Origin: Poseidonia sp.
Lineage (GTDB): Archaea; Thermoplasmatota; Poseidoniia; Poseidoniales; Poseidoniaceae
Length of the DNA stretch: 64,000 nt
NCBI GenBank assembly: GCA_965661285.1
Contig: CBFIDD010000001.1
Span: 511,395 to 575,394, forward strand
Reading direction: 5' to 3'
The notes under the pieces: model-generated
Seen by the model: the letters and a program-made list of their open reading frames with translations, nothing else
The model's database searches: none
What the model was told of the DNA's origin: nothing
Shown: positions 1 through 9,601 of the stretch, in pieces
Numbering within the stretch: position 1 is the first letter of the stretch
Layout: every line of letters starts with the position of its first letter
Position numbers and translations under genes: made by a program

Positions 1-461
1 AATCGTTGACCCAAGCCTACCACACCAACCCCGAAGAGTTGGCTGAGGAACTGGAGCAATTGCGCGGCGACCTCACCGCCCGGTATGCGAACAACGAGAT
101 CAGGAAGGAAACCCGAGAGAAGCTCATGACGCTGATTGACGATGTGTTGGCCGCATCGCCCGAGCAACTGAACCGCATCGCTCACAACGACGCCTACTTT
201 GGCCTCGCCGGGGCCATCGACACCGAAGACCGCACCCTCCTGCTCAACGAAAAGTTGGCCATGACGGCCCCCGCAGGTACTGCTCCAGCCGCCGCACCTC
301 CCGCCTCACCTCAACCAACCCACGCCCCAAGCGAGCCCACAATCACGGCGGTGGGGACGGTCAAGGACGACGGATACGAATGGATTGAATGGCCCCAAGG
401 CAGCAGCACTTGGTACTACCGAACAGCGCATTCACGCACACGTTGGACCAAGTGGCATTGA
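1..461 (+). CDS. hypothetical protein, probably 5'-partial (runs off window start); C-terminal WW-like Trp motif
   Basis: Open frame from window edge (first listed codon at 6 is TTG, no upstream stop visible). Acidic helical N-half, Pro/Ala-rich linker (APAAAPPASPQPTHAPSEP), C-terminal block EWIEWPQGSSTWYYRTAHSRTRW (two Trp 21 residues apart with central YY). Confidence 0.45.
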   Translation, partial: SLTQAYHTNPEELAEELEQLRGDLTARYANNEIRKETREKLMTLIDDVLAASPEQLNRIAHNDAYFGLAGAIDTEDRTLLLNEKLAMTAPAGTAPAAAPPASPQPTHAPSEPTITAVGTVKDDGYEWIEWPQGSSTWYYRTAHSRTRWTKWH

Positions 462-586
462 ATCCGAGGGTACGCTTCGATCCAAGCGGGCTATGAATGC
501 TTGAACGAAGACAAAAAATATCGGAAAAAATTTTATCATTTCATTTTGGAGTATAACGACCATGTCTGGAGAAGTCCAGTGGCGAC

Positions 587-862
587 TTGGTCGCACAAGC
601 TTTCCATGAGAATGCAACGGTTGTTGGGTATCTCAACGGAGATTTCCTTCAACTTCCAACCCCCGATTTCGCTGGTTTTGTATCAGCACAAGAGCCTGGC
701 GCAGTCGAGTACGAAGTGTTGTCCTTGGAGATCAACGGAGACACGGCAACAGCAAAAGTGAGGGATACCTACCTTGGAATCACGTTCTTGGATTCATTGA
801 CGCTTGTCAACGAAGGTGGAACCTGGTCAATTTACTGCAAGGCCTTCCACGTCGAAGCTTGA
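587..862 (+). CDS. small NTF2/SnoaL-like fold protein (hypothetical)
   Basis: 91-aa ORF preceded by AT-rich promoter-like stretch (aaaaaatatcggaaaaaattttatcattt, ~510-545). Sequence pattern resembles NTF2-like small proteins; family assignment from memory only. Confidence 0.45.
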   Translation: MVAQAFHENATVVGYLNGDFLQLPTPDFAGFVSAQEPGAVEYEVLSLEINGDTATAKVRDTYLGITFLDSLTLVNEGGTWSIYCKAFHVEA

Positions 863-878
863 GCCGTGAGGAGAGCCG

Positions 879-3800
879 TCAGCCCCAGAAGCGGCGGGTG
901 CGAGCGTATTCAACCTCAGCCCTGTGGATCGCTTGGAGCAGACCGTCGGTATCGCCGGGTGAAACCTTCACCAGCAGACGATTGGCCGTGGCTTCTGCGA
1001 CCCCCCGCCCCATCAAACACATGATGGCTTCAAGGCCACGGTTGGCCACCAAATCGGCGTTCTTCATCATCCGGTCTTGGTCTTTCTGGTCCTCGGATTT
1101 CACCCAGCCCTCCAGCATGTCTTGAAGGCCTTCTCGTGCACAAGCAAGGCGTTTGCCACCGCACTTCAAGCACGTTCCCGGGCGCTCCATCGCCCCAAAA
1201 CGGGCGACTCTGAACCGACGGACGGCGTTGCAACGCAAGCAACAGAGCACCGCGCGCTCGTTGGTTAATCGACCGCGAAGACGTTCCCGAAGGGCAGCGT
1301 TGTCCCAGTTGGGCAGCAGCATGTCGTCCTGTGTTCGATTGGAAAGCCCGAGCGGCCCCCGAGCGGTGATGGTCAGTGAAAGGACGCCGGACTGCAACCC
1401 GCGCAACACGTCGGTTGCACCGCGCACGTCCATGCGTTCGTGGAACAATTTGGAAAGCACCTCCTCCATGACGACCGTTCCTCGGTACTTGCGAAGCAGC
1501 GCTTGGAGGTTGATGCGACGGGGGTCAACGCCGTGGCGGAGAATGCCGAAAATTTTCGCAACCTGTGCAAACCGCCAGCGAACTTGCCGGGAATTCGGCA
1601 CCGTGATGCTGAGCAATTGTTCAATCGCTTCGGGCGGTGTTTCCATGAGCCAGGCGACGATGTCTTCGGGACGAACACCGCTCACCTGCAGCGCAATTCG
1701 GGTGGGTTCGACGATGAGCCGACCCCAACTCCCTGATTTGGTGGAGGCCATGGCAAGGAGGAAATTTCCGATGGCCTCGTTGATTTTAGAGCCTTGACAG
1801 CAATTCAACACGAAGGCGTCGTCTCGCTCCTCAAGCGTCATCACACGGTCGGTGGGCAGCGTACCGGTGGCGTCCACGTGGGCTGCGATGGTTTCAGCGA
1901 GCATGCTCCTCGCTTCGTCGTCGAGGGGATAATCGGCCAGCGATTGCGAACGGGTTGGGACGAGGCCGAGCGGGTCCAGGTCCGGGGGTGCGGGCGCATC
2001 GAGCAGACCGAGGTCGTGCGCGATGACATGACGGAGGTAGCCCACATCCCGTGCCACCGATTCGGGAACGGGGGGCAATTCACCCAACCACTGCGGAGCT
2101 TTGCCGTGGTCGTTGACGGGAGCGACGAGCAGTTCGGACTGCTCGGGGTCAGCGTCCACGATGAGCCACGTTCGCCCGGCGATAACGAAACGACGAGGTG
2201 TGCCGTCGTCGTCCTCGCCCGCATCGTTGAGACTGAGAACGAAGGCTTCGTCCACGTTGCCTAAACTGCGGCGTGTGACGGCGTCACGCACCCTGTAGGT
2301 CTTCTTGTCGGGAATCATCGAGAGGTGATTGGACACCCACTGGCGAGTTTTCCCTGCCGTGGAGAACCAGCCTTTGGCAAAGCGCTTGGGAACATCGACC
2401 GTGCGCTCGGTGTAGCGACGTGGTACTTCTTCATCGGGCACGTTGTACAGCGGCAAGTCCTCTGGAAGGTCTTCGCCGCGTGCTGCTGCCGCCTCTCGTG
2501 CCTCGGCATAGACCGCCTTCGGCCAGCGATACCACGGTAATTCGCTCGGTGTTGGCGTGAAACGAATGACCCAACGCTCGGCGAGAACCTGGAGGAGGGC
2601 TTCGGTATCGGGGCGCTTCCAACCTTCGAACTGCGGTGCTGCAGCGATGAGCGCCGTCGCTTCATCAATGCTGACGGCTTTGAAACAGTGGGCCATGAGC
2701 ACCAGCTGATTTGCGGCGATGACGCCAGGTCGTTTCCTCCACACCACCGGTTCAATCTCCCCGTTCATGGCGCGTTGGGCGACCACCGCCGATTCGAGAA
2801 GATGGTCAACGTCCCACGAGATGACGTGTCCCCTGCCAACACCGCCCAAACGGTGGTCGGCCCGTCCGACGCGCTGAAGCATCCTGTCCACAGATTTTGG
2901 TGAATGCACCTGAACGATTCGCCGCACACTGCCGACGTCAATACCGAGCTCCAAACTCGAGGTGCAGACCAGTCCTGCCAGCGTCCCATCCCGAAGTTCA
3001 TCCTCCATTTGTTGCCGAGTTTCGGCCGCCAGGGAACCGTGGTGGACGCCGATCTTGAGGTCGGGGGCCATGGCCTGAAGACGGGTGGAGAGCGTTTCCG
3101 CATCGCTCCGGCTATTGACGAACACCAAGCACGGTGCTTGCGTTCTCAAAATATGACACAGATGGCGGTAAGAGGCATGTTGCTTCGGACTCAGGGTATG
3201 CTCGACGCTGTCGATTTCGTCTTCCGCCGTGGGCATGGGGGATTCAACGGTTAACTCGGTGTCACGCTGGCCGGTGGTGATGAGGGGTTGGGCTTTGTTG
3301 GGCGAAAGCCAGTGCGCCACGGCGTCGGGGTTTCCAACGGTTGCAGACAGGCCAAGGCGCTGCACTTCTCGTCCCGCCAGGGCTTCAAGACGCGACAGCC
3401 CGATGCCCAATTGCCAGCCACGCTCGGAGGCAGCGAGGTCGTGAACCTCATCGATCACGACGGCTTGAACGGTGCTCAGCATCTTACGCAGATTCTTCCC
3501 GCTGAACATGAGCTGGAAGGTTTCCGGCGTGGTCACGAGCAGGTGCGGAGGATTTCGGGTTTGTTTGGCTCGCTGCGATTGACTGGTGTCGCCGTGGCGA
3601 ACGTCCACGCGCAAACCAACGCTTTCAGCCAGTTCCTTCAGTCGACGGTCGACGTCCCTGTTCAAGGCTCGCAGCGGCGTGATGTACAGGATGGAAAGCG
3701 GCGACCAGCCTTCCGTGAGACAGCGATGGAACAGCGGAAGTATCCCCGCCATGGTTTTTCCCGAGCCGGTTGGGGCAATGACAAGACGGTCATGGCCTTC

Positions 3801-3905
3801 CACAATATCCGGAATGACGTTTTCCTGAACCGGCGTGGCTTGCCAGCCCTTTTCCTCAAGTGCGCTGGCCAGGGTTGGGTGAAGCAGAGAAAACACGCGT
3901 GACAT
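879..3905 (-). CDS. lhr: Lhr-like large ATP-dependent DNA helicase (superfamily 2) with C-terminal zinc ribbon
   Basis: Walker A APTGSGKT, DEVH box VVIDEVHDL, SAT-like LSATVGN, helicase C-terminal motifs (VHHGSL, QRVGRADHR), ~500-aa Lhr-type C-terminal extension ending in a Cys4 ribbon (LCCLRCN...CLKCGG). Longest ORF begins with TTG at 3989; ATG (MSRVFS) at 3905 chosen. Confidence 0.85.
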   Translation of the reverse strand: MSRVFSLLHPTLASALEEKGWQATPVQENVIPDIVEGHDRLVIAPTGSGKTMAGILPLFHRCLTEGWSPLSILYITPLRALNRDVDRRLKELAESVGLRVDVRHGDTSQSQRAKQTRNPPHLLVTTPETFQLMFSGKNLRKMLSTVQAVVIDEVHDLAASERGWQLGIGLSRLEALAGREVQRLGLSATVGNPDAVAHWLSPNKAQPLITTGQRDTELTVESPMPTAEDEIDSVEHTLSPKQHASYRHLCHILRTQAPCLVFVNSRSDAETLSTRLQAMAPDLKIGVHHGSLAAETRQQMEDELRDGTLAGLVCTSSLELGIDVGSVRRIVQVHSPKSVDRMLQRVGRADHRLGGVGRGHVISWDVDHLLESAVVAQRAMNGEIEPVVWRKRPGVIAANQLVLMAHCFKAVSIDEATALIAAAPQFEGWKRPDTEALLQVLAERWVIRFTPTPSELPWYRWPKAVYAEAREAAAARGEDLPEDLPLYNVPDEEVPRRYTERTVDVPKRFAKGWFSTAGKTRQWVSNHLSMIPDKKTYRVRDAVTRRSLGNVDEAFVLSLNDAGEDDDGTPRRFVIAGRTWLIVDADPEQSELLVAPVNDHGKAPQWLGELPPVPESVARDVGYLRHVIAHDLGLLDAPAPPDLDPLGLVPTRSQSLADYPLDDEARSMLAETIAAHVDATGTLPTDRVMTLEERDDAFVLNCCQGSKINEAIGNFLLAMASTKSGSWGRLIVEPTRIALQVSGVRPEDIVAWLMETPPEAIEQLLSITVPNSRQVRWRFAQVAKIFGILRHGVDPRRINLQALLRKYRGTVVMEEVLSKLFHERMDVRGATDVLRGLQSGVLSLTITARGPLGLSNRTQDDMLLPNWDNAALRERLRGRLTNERAVLCCLRCNAVRRFRVARFGAMERPGTCLKCGGKRLACAREGLQDMLEGWVKSEDQKDQDRMMKNADLVANRGLEAIMCLMGRGVAEATANRLLVKVSPGDTDGLLQAIHRAEVEYARTRRFWG

Positions 3906-3985
3906 GGTCTCCCCACCCTCGTGGAGTATGCCTCTGCCCACTGCATTTGAGGATTTGGCTCTGAGCAGGCGGCTGTTGCCGGCTC

Positions 3986-6900
3986 TCAATCATCGTCTTC
4001 ATCGTAGTCGTCGAAGTCGTCATCATCGTCTTCGTCTTCCCAATCGGCCTCGTCTTCGTCGAAAGCACCCTCACCGTAATCGATGGAGGTCTTGGTCGCC
4101 ACGGTAAACACGATCGCCAACGTCATGATGCTGAGAATGGCGAACATCCACGCAAGCGGTTGCTCACGGACCGAATCGAACCATCCAAGGTACTGGCCGT
4201 AGGCGATGGTGACGGCGTGTTCGGCCGAGTTGTCATCGTCGTTGGCTTCGGGGACCTCGTCCTCGGCATCAACAACCACACGAATTCGGTCGACGTCTTC
4301 GGATTCCCAAACCACGTTCACCGAGTAGAGTTCGCCGGCGTCAATACCGTTCACTCGAACGACTTCGAAGGGCTCGTCACTTGAACCCGAATAGAAGGCG
4401 ACCTTGAATTGCTGCGAGGTGTTTCCGCCTGCGTTGTAGATGTCCGCACGGACGTCGATGTTCGCACCGGGAGCGATGTGGTCGTCACTCATGGCGATGT
4501 TCTTTACGCGAAGTTCGGGACCGACGGCTCCCAACCGTACCCACTGGCGCTCGAAATCCGTATCTTCAGAGGCGAGTTCAGGGATGGGGCTGGCTTCAGA
4601 ATTGGAGACGACGGGGAACTGGTTGCCCGCCGCATCGTAGCCGGTCATGTAGAAGCCGACGAAATCGCCCGCTTTCGGTATGACCGTTCCGCCCGCTGTG
4701 ATGTCAACCACACCGGTCCACATCACGTTCTGGCCGTCCTGCTGCATCCCCAACAACGTTGAGCCTGCACCGATGGTCATCGTTCGCGTGGCGTCTCGCA
4801 TAACCCAGTGAACGAGTTGCTTTGAGCCGGTCAAATCGGCGTCCTCCGTTCCTTGGAATTCGACTTCGATTTGCGTCAAGTCGTTGTTGGCCGAAATGTC
4901 GATGACGTTGAGCGGTGCAATGCGTCGAGTCACACGGGGTGCAGCGTCGTCAACGACGACCTGGAGCGTGGTTGAAACCAAGGTTCCCGTCATGTCTTCG
5001 CCACGACCTGGAATATTGGTAATGGAGATGAGACACGTTCTGGATGGCGAGGATTGGAGGGTCGATGCCGAGGAGAGTGGCACTTCAACAGCGTAGCCAC
5101 CATCTGCGGTCAACGAGCCGTCGGACCAGAGTTTCTCACCGTCAAAGACCTCGACGAGGATACCCACATCTCGAGGAGCGGGGGTTTGGCTGCCCTCGTA
5201 AACCACGCGGCCGGTGAAGGCCAAACGGTCGTCCTTGCGCACCCGGCTGCCATCGGCAACAGGACCGGTGCGAGGCTCGCTGATGTCCTCAACTTCGAAA
5301 TCAGCCGGGGCCAGCATCAAATCGTTTTCAACACGGAAGGTGTGTTCGAGCAATAGAATACGGGAGGCATCTGAACTGCCCAGTTCCTTGTACATCAGTG
5401 CCACATCGCCCATCTCTTCGTCAGGCCAATCCCAGCTGAACTTGAAGTGGAAATCAAGCATGATCCACGGCAGCCCCGACTCGTTGGTGGTCTGCATCAT
5501 CGTGCTCGTTGGAAGCAGGTGAATGTAGGGTGAATCGGACCAGAAGGTGTTGTTGGTTCCCGAATAGGAGATGGATTGAGCGTCTCGAGCCGGGTTGGGA
5601 CCTTCAAAGTCAAACACCAAGGAGATGAACTCGAAGTCAATCGCCGTGTTGGCGTCGATAAATCCGAGCGAAATCGTCTGCTCCATGCCGGCGTACACCG
5701 GTTCATTGTCCTCATGACCAAACCATTCGAGGCCGGTGAAGATGGCGGACGAATCCTTGCGTGTTCGGAAGGTTGCGTCGTCGTAGAGGAAGCCTTCCGA
5801 GGATTCGAAGGAAAGGAGTTCGTCATCGTCGTTCATGACCGTGAAGTGGAGTGGGTTGCCTGCTTGGTCCCCGCCGTCCCAGAAATACGACACGCGCCCC
5901 ATGTTGGGGTTTCGAGACGTGTCAATGGTCGTGATGAACCACTTCGCTCGAGCCTCTGTCGTGTTGGTGACCGTCTTCACCACGTACTCTTCGGGGTCGG
6001 CCTCACCGTTTCGGTTGGCATCATGGTCGGCTTCAACCCAGTAATTGAGTTCCAGTTCCATGGGGTGGCCAACCTTGTCATCAACGAGGACCTGGACGGT
6101 TTGCTCGGTGGTCGCTGCTTCGTAAGCATCCTCAACTGGTGCAACTTGCTTGCGTTCTGGATGGGTCGCATCAACGAGGTAGGTGCGTCGCCACTCCGCA
6201 TTGGGTTGTTGCACGTGGTCGGGGTTTCGCTCGTTGTAGGTTTGAACTTCGTACGTCAGGCCGTCCGGGACGTCGATGTTCGGGAGATCGATGGAGACAA
6301 AGAACGAGCCGTTGTTGTTCGTCGTGTCCCTGGCCGTCGATTCCACGTAGCCGTTTCGCGAAATCCGTACGTCAAACGCACTGTCTTTGGGCGCGTCGTC
6401 CGTGTCTTGGAACCACATGGCGCCCACAAAGTGGAGTTGCTCGCCCGCCGCGACCCATGAACCGTCTTCGACGTCCATGGAGGTCAGTTCACCGTCGTTG
6501 TCGCGCACGTTCAACCAGCCGAGGCCGAAGGAGCGATTCACACGGAGACCTTCCTCGGAGGTCAGCGGTTCGGGTGCGAAACCTGCGGTTCCGCTGTCGT
6601 CCAGACAACCCACGCGGAAACGAACGTTGTCTTGGTCCGGCATCTCGCTGGTGACGAAGAACTTCCAGTGAATTTCCAAGATGCCGTTGCTCTCGACCGA
6701 GTACGAAGTGGGGTCGACCTCAATGTACTGCGAAGGGTCGTTCGGGTCAGGGAACACGTCCCCGTACTGCCAGGAGAGAATCGGCCAGTTGGCGGCACTT
6801 CCAGCGGTCATGAGGGTCAACTCGGCGCTGACCATCGAGTTCGCAGATTCACCGATAACGTGTCGGGATACGACTTCGTAGGGCGTGATGCGCTCGTGAA

Positions 6901-9052
6901 GAACCTCACCTTCGGGGATGGTCAAATCGAGGTTGACCGTTTGCATGACGTAGGTGATTTCAAACGACGTGATGGACAACTTACCGGCGGATTCCGACGT
7001 CAATTCAATCGGAATGTCCACCGTTCCACTACCGGTGTCGGGAATGGCGTCGTTGAGCGCATCAGCCAGGGCGCCGGTCGTAACGCTGACCGGGCCGATC
7101 AGGGCTCCAGCCGAAGAGGAACGCTTCCACGCCGAAACACCATCGATGGACAAACCGGGTTGGTTGGGCGCATTGGAGTGAAGGGCAATCGAAAGGTCAG
7201 AAATGCTGGGCGTGGCCCCGGTTGAGGAGGTTGAAAGCATGATTCGCATGCAGAAGTAGGACGACGAACCGGTCATGGATTTCGTCGTGTTGGGCGAGGT
7301 GTAACTTTGGACGCCGGAGTTGCCTGTGTTGCAACTTGATGAGCTGGCTTTGTAGCCGACGTTCACGGTGATGGACGTGCCGGCTGGCCGGGTTTCGTTC
7401 CAATCGACGGTGGCAGCGATGACGTTGCTTGACCCCGAGCCGGTGTACTGGTAGGCGTAGTAATAGCCGCTGGTCTGATAGTTGGTGGTGTAGGTCAACA
7501 CCACATCGCCGAGCACGGGCGTTTTGGAAGCGCTGCCGTTGAGGGTGGCGCGCCATTTGATGGAGGTGCCGGCGTTGGCGAAGTTGACCTTTTGGCCAAC
7601 GCTTCCCGATTTCCAAGTCACGCCACCGTCGTTTGAAACATCGACACGGATGCTGGTGCCGGTTGGCGTGGAACCGAAGATGCCTTCGACATTGATGCTG
7701 TTAACGGCCCGTGAAATCGACGTTGTTTGGCCCACGATGAGTTGCGAGGTTTGCGAGGTGGAGCGCACGTCGAAGTGGGCGCCATCGCCGTAGGTGTGGA
7801 TCTTGCGAAGACCTTGGCTGCAGTAGTTGGTGCCCGACCAGTGGCAGGAGAACATGACCTTGTGGTCATCGGTGTCAACCATGCCGTAATGTCCCCCACC
7901 GGGCATCGTCCGCTCACCCTGACTGGAGAGCAGGCCGCTGGCCATGGTGTAGTGATAGTGGACGCTCTTGTAGTCGGTTTGCATGTAGTAGATGTTGTAC
8001 ATCACGTTGGGCATGCTGACGGACAAACCGGCGCCGTGGTCGTAGTAATACGACGTTGAGGTCATGAGCCAAGTTCCGGTGACGACCGTTGGCGAGGCCG
8101 GGTTGACCTCCTTGAGGTAGTGATTCTGTGCCGAGGTGTCATAAACGCCGATGTACATCTTGCCGGTGTTGTCATCAAAATCAACGCCCGTGATGTAGTT
8201 GGGGTAGTTGTAGTTGTACGTGTTTTTGCAACTCCACTGGACTTGCGTCCCCGCCGTGTTCCATCCAACTTCCCACTTGTGGACCTTGTAGTACGAGTAG
8301 TGAGCGGTGTAGACATCACCGTTGTACACGTCGGCATCGTGGATGCTCCGTGTCGCTGATGAGCCGCATGTTCCGGTGGTGTAGGACGCCGTACCGAGGT
8401 ACTGGCCGGTGCTGGCATCGATGCGCATGATGCTCGTGGGTGCGTTGGAGATGTACTGGCTTGAATATCGGATGACGTGAACTTCTGAGCTGTTGATGGG
8501 AACGGCCACACCGGTGTAGCCCCAAGGGGTGTTACTGGCGGCGGTCAAATCGGTGAATTTCTTGGTCGGGCTGGTGTAGCCTTGGTCGCTCAATGCCACG
8601 AATTCGCCCGTGGTGTTGAGGTGAGCGTTTCCGAGGGTGGCCACGGCACCGGTCGACGAAAAGCGGGGCGTGTACTCGGTAGGATTGCCTTTGAGCGAGA
8701 CCGTTTGGCTGTCAACTTCGAAATTGTCCCGGCGGGCATACGTGAACGGGGAGGGGGAGGACGTCGACGTACTGGTGTAGTCGGTGTCGCCCGCACCGCC
8801 GTAATGGCTGTCCGTGGTGAAGTTGGTGTACGTGGTGGTGCTGGCTTCACCGAGCAGGTTGAAGGTCGCAGATTGCACGTCTGCACCGATGGGGAGCGTG
8901 ACGACGCCAGCCGGCCCCGTGCCTTTCTGAGAAAAGGTGTGCTGATAGGACGTTGTGCCGTCCTTGAACTGCGTCTCCGTGGTGGCTGCAGCAGCCAGCG
9001 GCGACATGACGGAAAGCACGAAGAGCAGCATGAGGAAGATGGCTTTACGCAT
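3986..9052 (-). CDS. giant (about 1689 aa) secreted, C-terminally membrane-anchored surface protein; Thr/Ser/Asn/Tyr-rich beta-rich adhesin-like
   Basis: ATG at 9052 gives the signal peptide MRKAIFLMLLFVLSVMSPLAAAATTE (ORF track's longer version starts upstream). Very long low-charge T/S/N/Y/G-rich body with many N-x-S/T sequons. C-terminus has a single TM helix (LAWMFAILSIMTLAIVFTVA) followed by the acidic tail DEDEADWEDEDDDDDFDDYDEDDD. Stop at 3986-3988. Confidence 0.8.
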   Translation of the reverse strand: MRKAIFLMLLFVLSVMSPLAAAATTETQFKDGTTSYQHTFSQKGTGPAGVVTLPIGADVQSATFNLLGEASTTTYTNFTTDSHYGGAGDTDYTSTSTSSPSPFTYARRDNFEVDSQTVSLKGNPTEYTPRFSSTGAVATLGNAHLNTTGEFVALSDQGYTSPTKKFTDLTAASNTPWGYTGVAVPINSSEVHVIRYSSQYISNAPTSIMRIDASTGQYLGTASYTTGTCGSSATRSIHDADVYNGDVYTAHYSYYKVHKWEVGWNTAGTQVQWSCKNTYNYNYPNYITGVDFDDNTGKMYIGVYDTSAQNHYLKEVNPASPTVVTGTWLMTSTSYYYDHGAGLSVSMPNVMYNIYYMQTDYKSVHYHYTMASGLLSSQGERTMPGGGHYGMVDTDDHKVMFSCHWSGTNYCSQGLRKIHTYGDGAHFDVRSTSQTSQLIVGQTTSISRAVNSINVEGIFGSTPTGTSIRVDVSNDGGVTWKSGSVGQKVNFANAGTSIKWRATLNGSASKTPVLGDVVLTYTTNYQTSGYYYAYQYTGSGSSNVIAATVDWNETRPAGTSITVNVGYKASSSSCNTGNSGVQSYTSPNTTKSMTGSSSYFCMRIMLSTSSTGATPSISDLSIALHSNAPNQPGLSIDGVSAWKRSSSAGALIGPVSVTTGALADALNDAIPDTGSGTVDIPIELTSESAGKLSITSFEITYVMQTVNLDLTIPEGEVLHERITPYEVVSRHVIGESANSMVSAELTLMTAGSAANWPILSWQYGDVFPDPNDPSQYIEVDPTSYSVESNGILEIHWKFFVTSEMPDQDNVRFRVGCLDDSGTAGFAPEPLTSEEGLRVNRSFGLGWLNVRDNDGELTSMDVEDGSWVAAGEQLHFVGAMWFQDTDDAPKDSAFDVRISRNGYVESTARDTTNNNGSFFVSIDLPNIDVPDGLTYEVQTYNERNPDHVQQPNAEWRRTYLVDATHPERKQVAPVEDAYEAATTEQTVQVLVDDKVGHPMELELNYWVEADHDANRNGEADPEEYVVKTVTNTTEARAKWFITTIDTSRNPNMGRVSYFWDGGDQAGNPLHFTVMNDDDELLSFESSEGFLYDDATFRTRKDSSAIFTGLEWFGHEDNEPVYAGMEQTISLGFIDANTAIDFEFISLVFDFEGPNPARDAQSISYSGTNNTFWSDSPYIHLLPTSTMMQTTNESGLPWIMLDFHFKFSWDWPDEEMGDVALMYKELGSSDASRILLLEHTFRVENDLMLAPADFEVEDISEPRTGPVADGSRVRKDDRLAFTGRVVYEGSQTPAPRDVGILVEVFDGEKLWSDGSLTADGGYAVEVPLSSASTLQSSPSRTCLISITNIPGRGEDMTGTLVSTTLQVVVDDAAPRVTRRIAPLNVIDISANNDLTQIEVEFQGTEDADLTGSKQLVHWVMRDATRTMTIGAGSTLLGMQQDGQNVMWTGVVDITAGGTVIPKAGDFVGFYMTGYDAAGNQFPVVSNSEASPIPELASEDTDFERQWVRLGAVGPELRVKNIAMSDDHIAPGANIDVRADIYNAGGNTSQQFKVAFYSGSSDEPFEVVRVNGIDAGELYSVNVVWESEDVDRIRVVVDAEDEVPEANDDDNSAEHAVTIAYGQYLGWFDSVREQPLAWMFAILSIMTLAIVFTVATKTSIDYGEGAFDEDEADWEDEDDDDDFDDYDEDDD

Positions 9053-9193
9053 GGTGGTCACCCGACATTTCCCTGTACGGATTCCATCGCATTTGAATGA
9101 TGCCCTTTCACGGCAACCCACCAAATCTCCAAATTGAACCATGACAGGGGAGCATTCAAGGCCTCCAACGGCTTGGTGAGGACAGGTGAAGGC

Positions 9194-9586
9194 ATGAGCG
9201 AAGAGGGGACCTTCTTTGGACGACTTTGGGCCAAACAACATGGAAAACAATTCGGCATCAGTGCCGTTGCGGCTGGGGCCAGTGCCACACTCCTGGTGGC
9301 CTGCATGTACCAGATTCTCTTCCTTCAGGACCACGCCGACTGGAACGAATTCACTGGAGCCGCCATCATCGGTTCCGTCGCCTCCCTCATCGTCTTCCTC
9401 ATCTCGTTTCCAGAATACCTGCGTTTCAAAGGCTATGTCTCGGAACTTGAGGAATTGAAGGACATCCAGTCAACGGCCGAACTTCGCCGCAGGAAAGCCG
9501 ACGGTGACGAAGCCGCTGAAGCCTTGGGAGCGGGGCATCTCGAGCAGTGGAAAGCATTCCTTGATAGTCGCGGCGTGAAGCGGTAA
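9194..9586 (+). CDS. small two-TM membrane protein (hypothetical)
   Basis: ATG at 9194 (MSEEGTFFGRLW...); two hydrophobic helices; charged helical C-terminus. No recognisable family. Confidence 0.45.
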   Translation: MSEEGTFFGRLWAKQHGKQFGISAVAAGASATLLVACMYQILFLQDHADWNEFTGAAIIGSVASLIVFLISFPEYLRFKGYVSELEELKDIQSTAELRRRKADGDEAAEALGAGHLEQWKAFLDSRGVKR

Positions 9587-9601
9587 GGCTGAGGGCCCCT
9601 C

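Noticed and set aside
1153-1797. 214-aa plus-strand ORF (also 1794..2264, 3288..3902)
   Set aside because: Antisense to the Lhr helicase gene, whose helicase motifs are unambiguous.
5576-6460. 294-aa plus-strand ORF (and several other 100-200-aa ORFs between 4000 and 9300)
   Set aside because: Entirely inside and antisense to the 5-kb giant surface-protein gene; Gly/Val/Arg-rich GC-rich-antisense composition.
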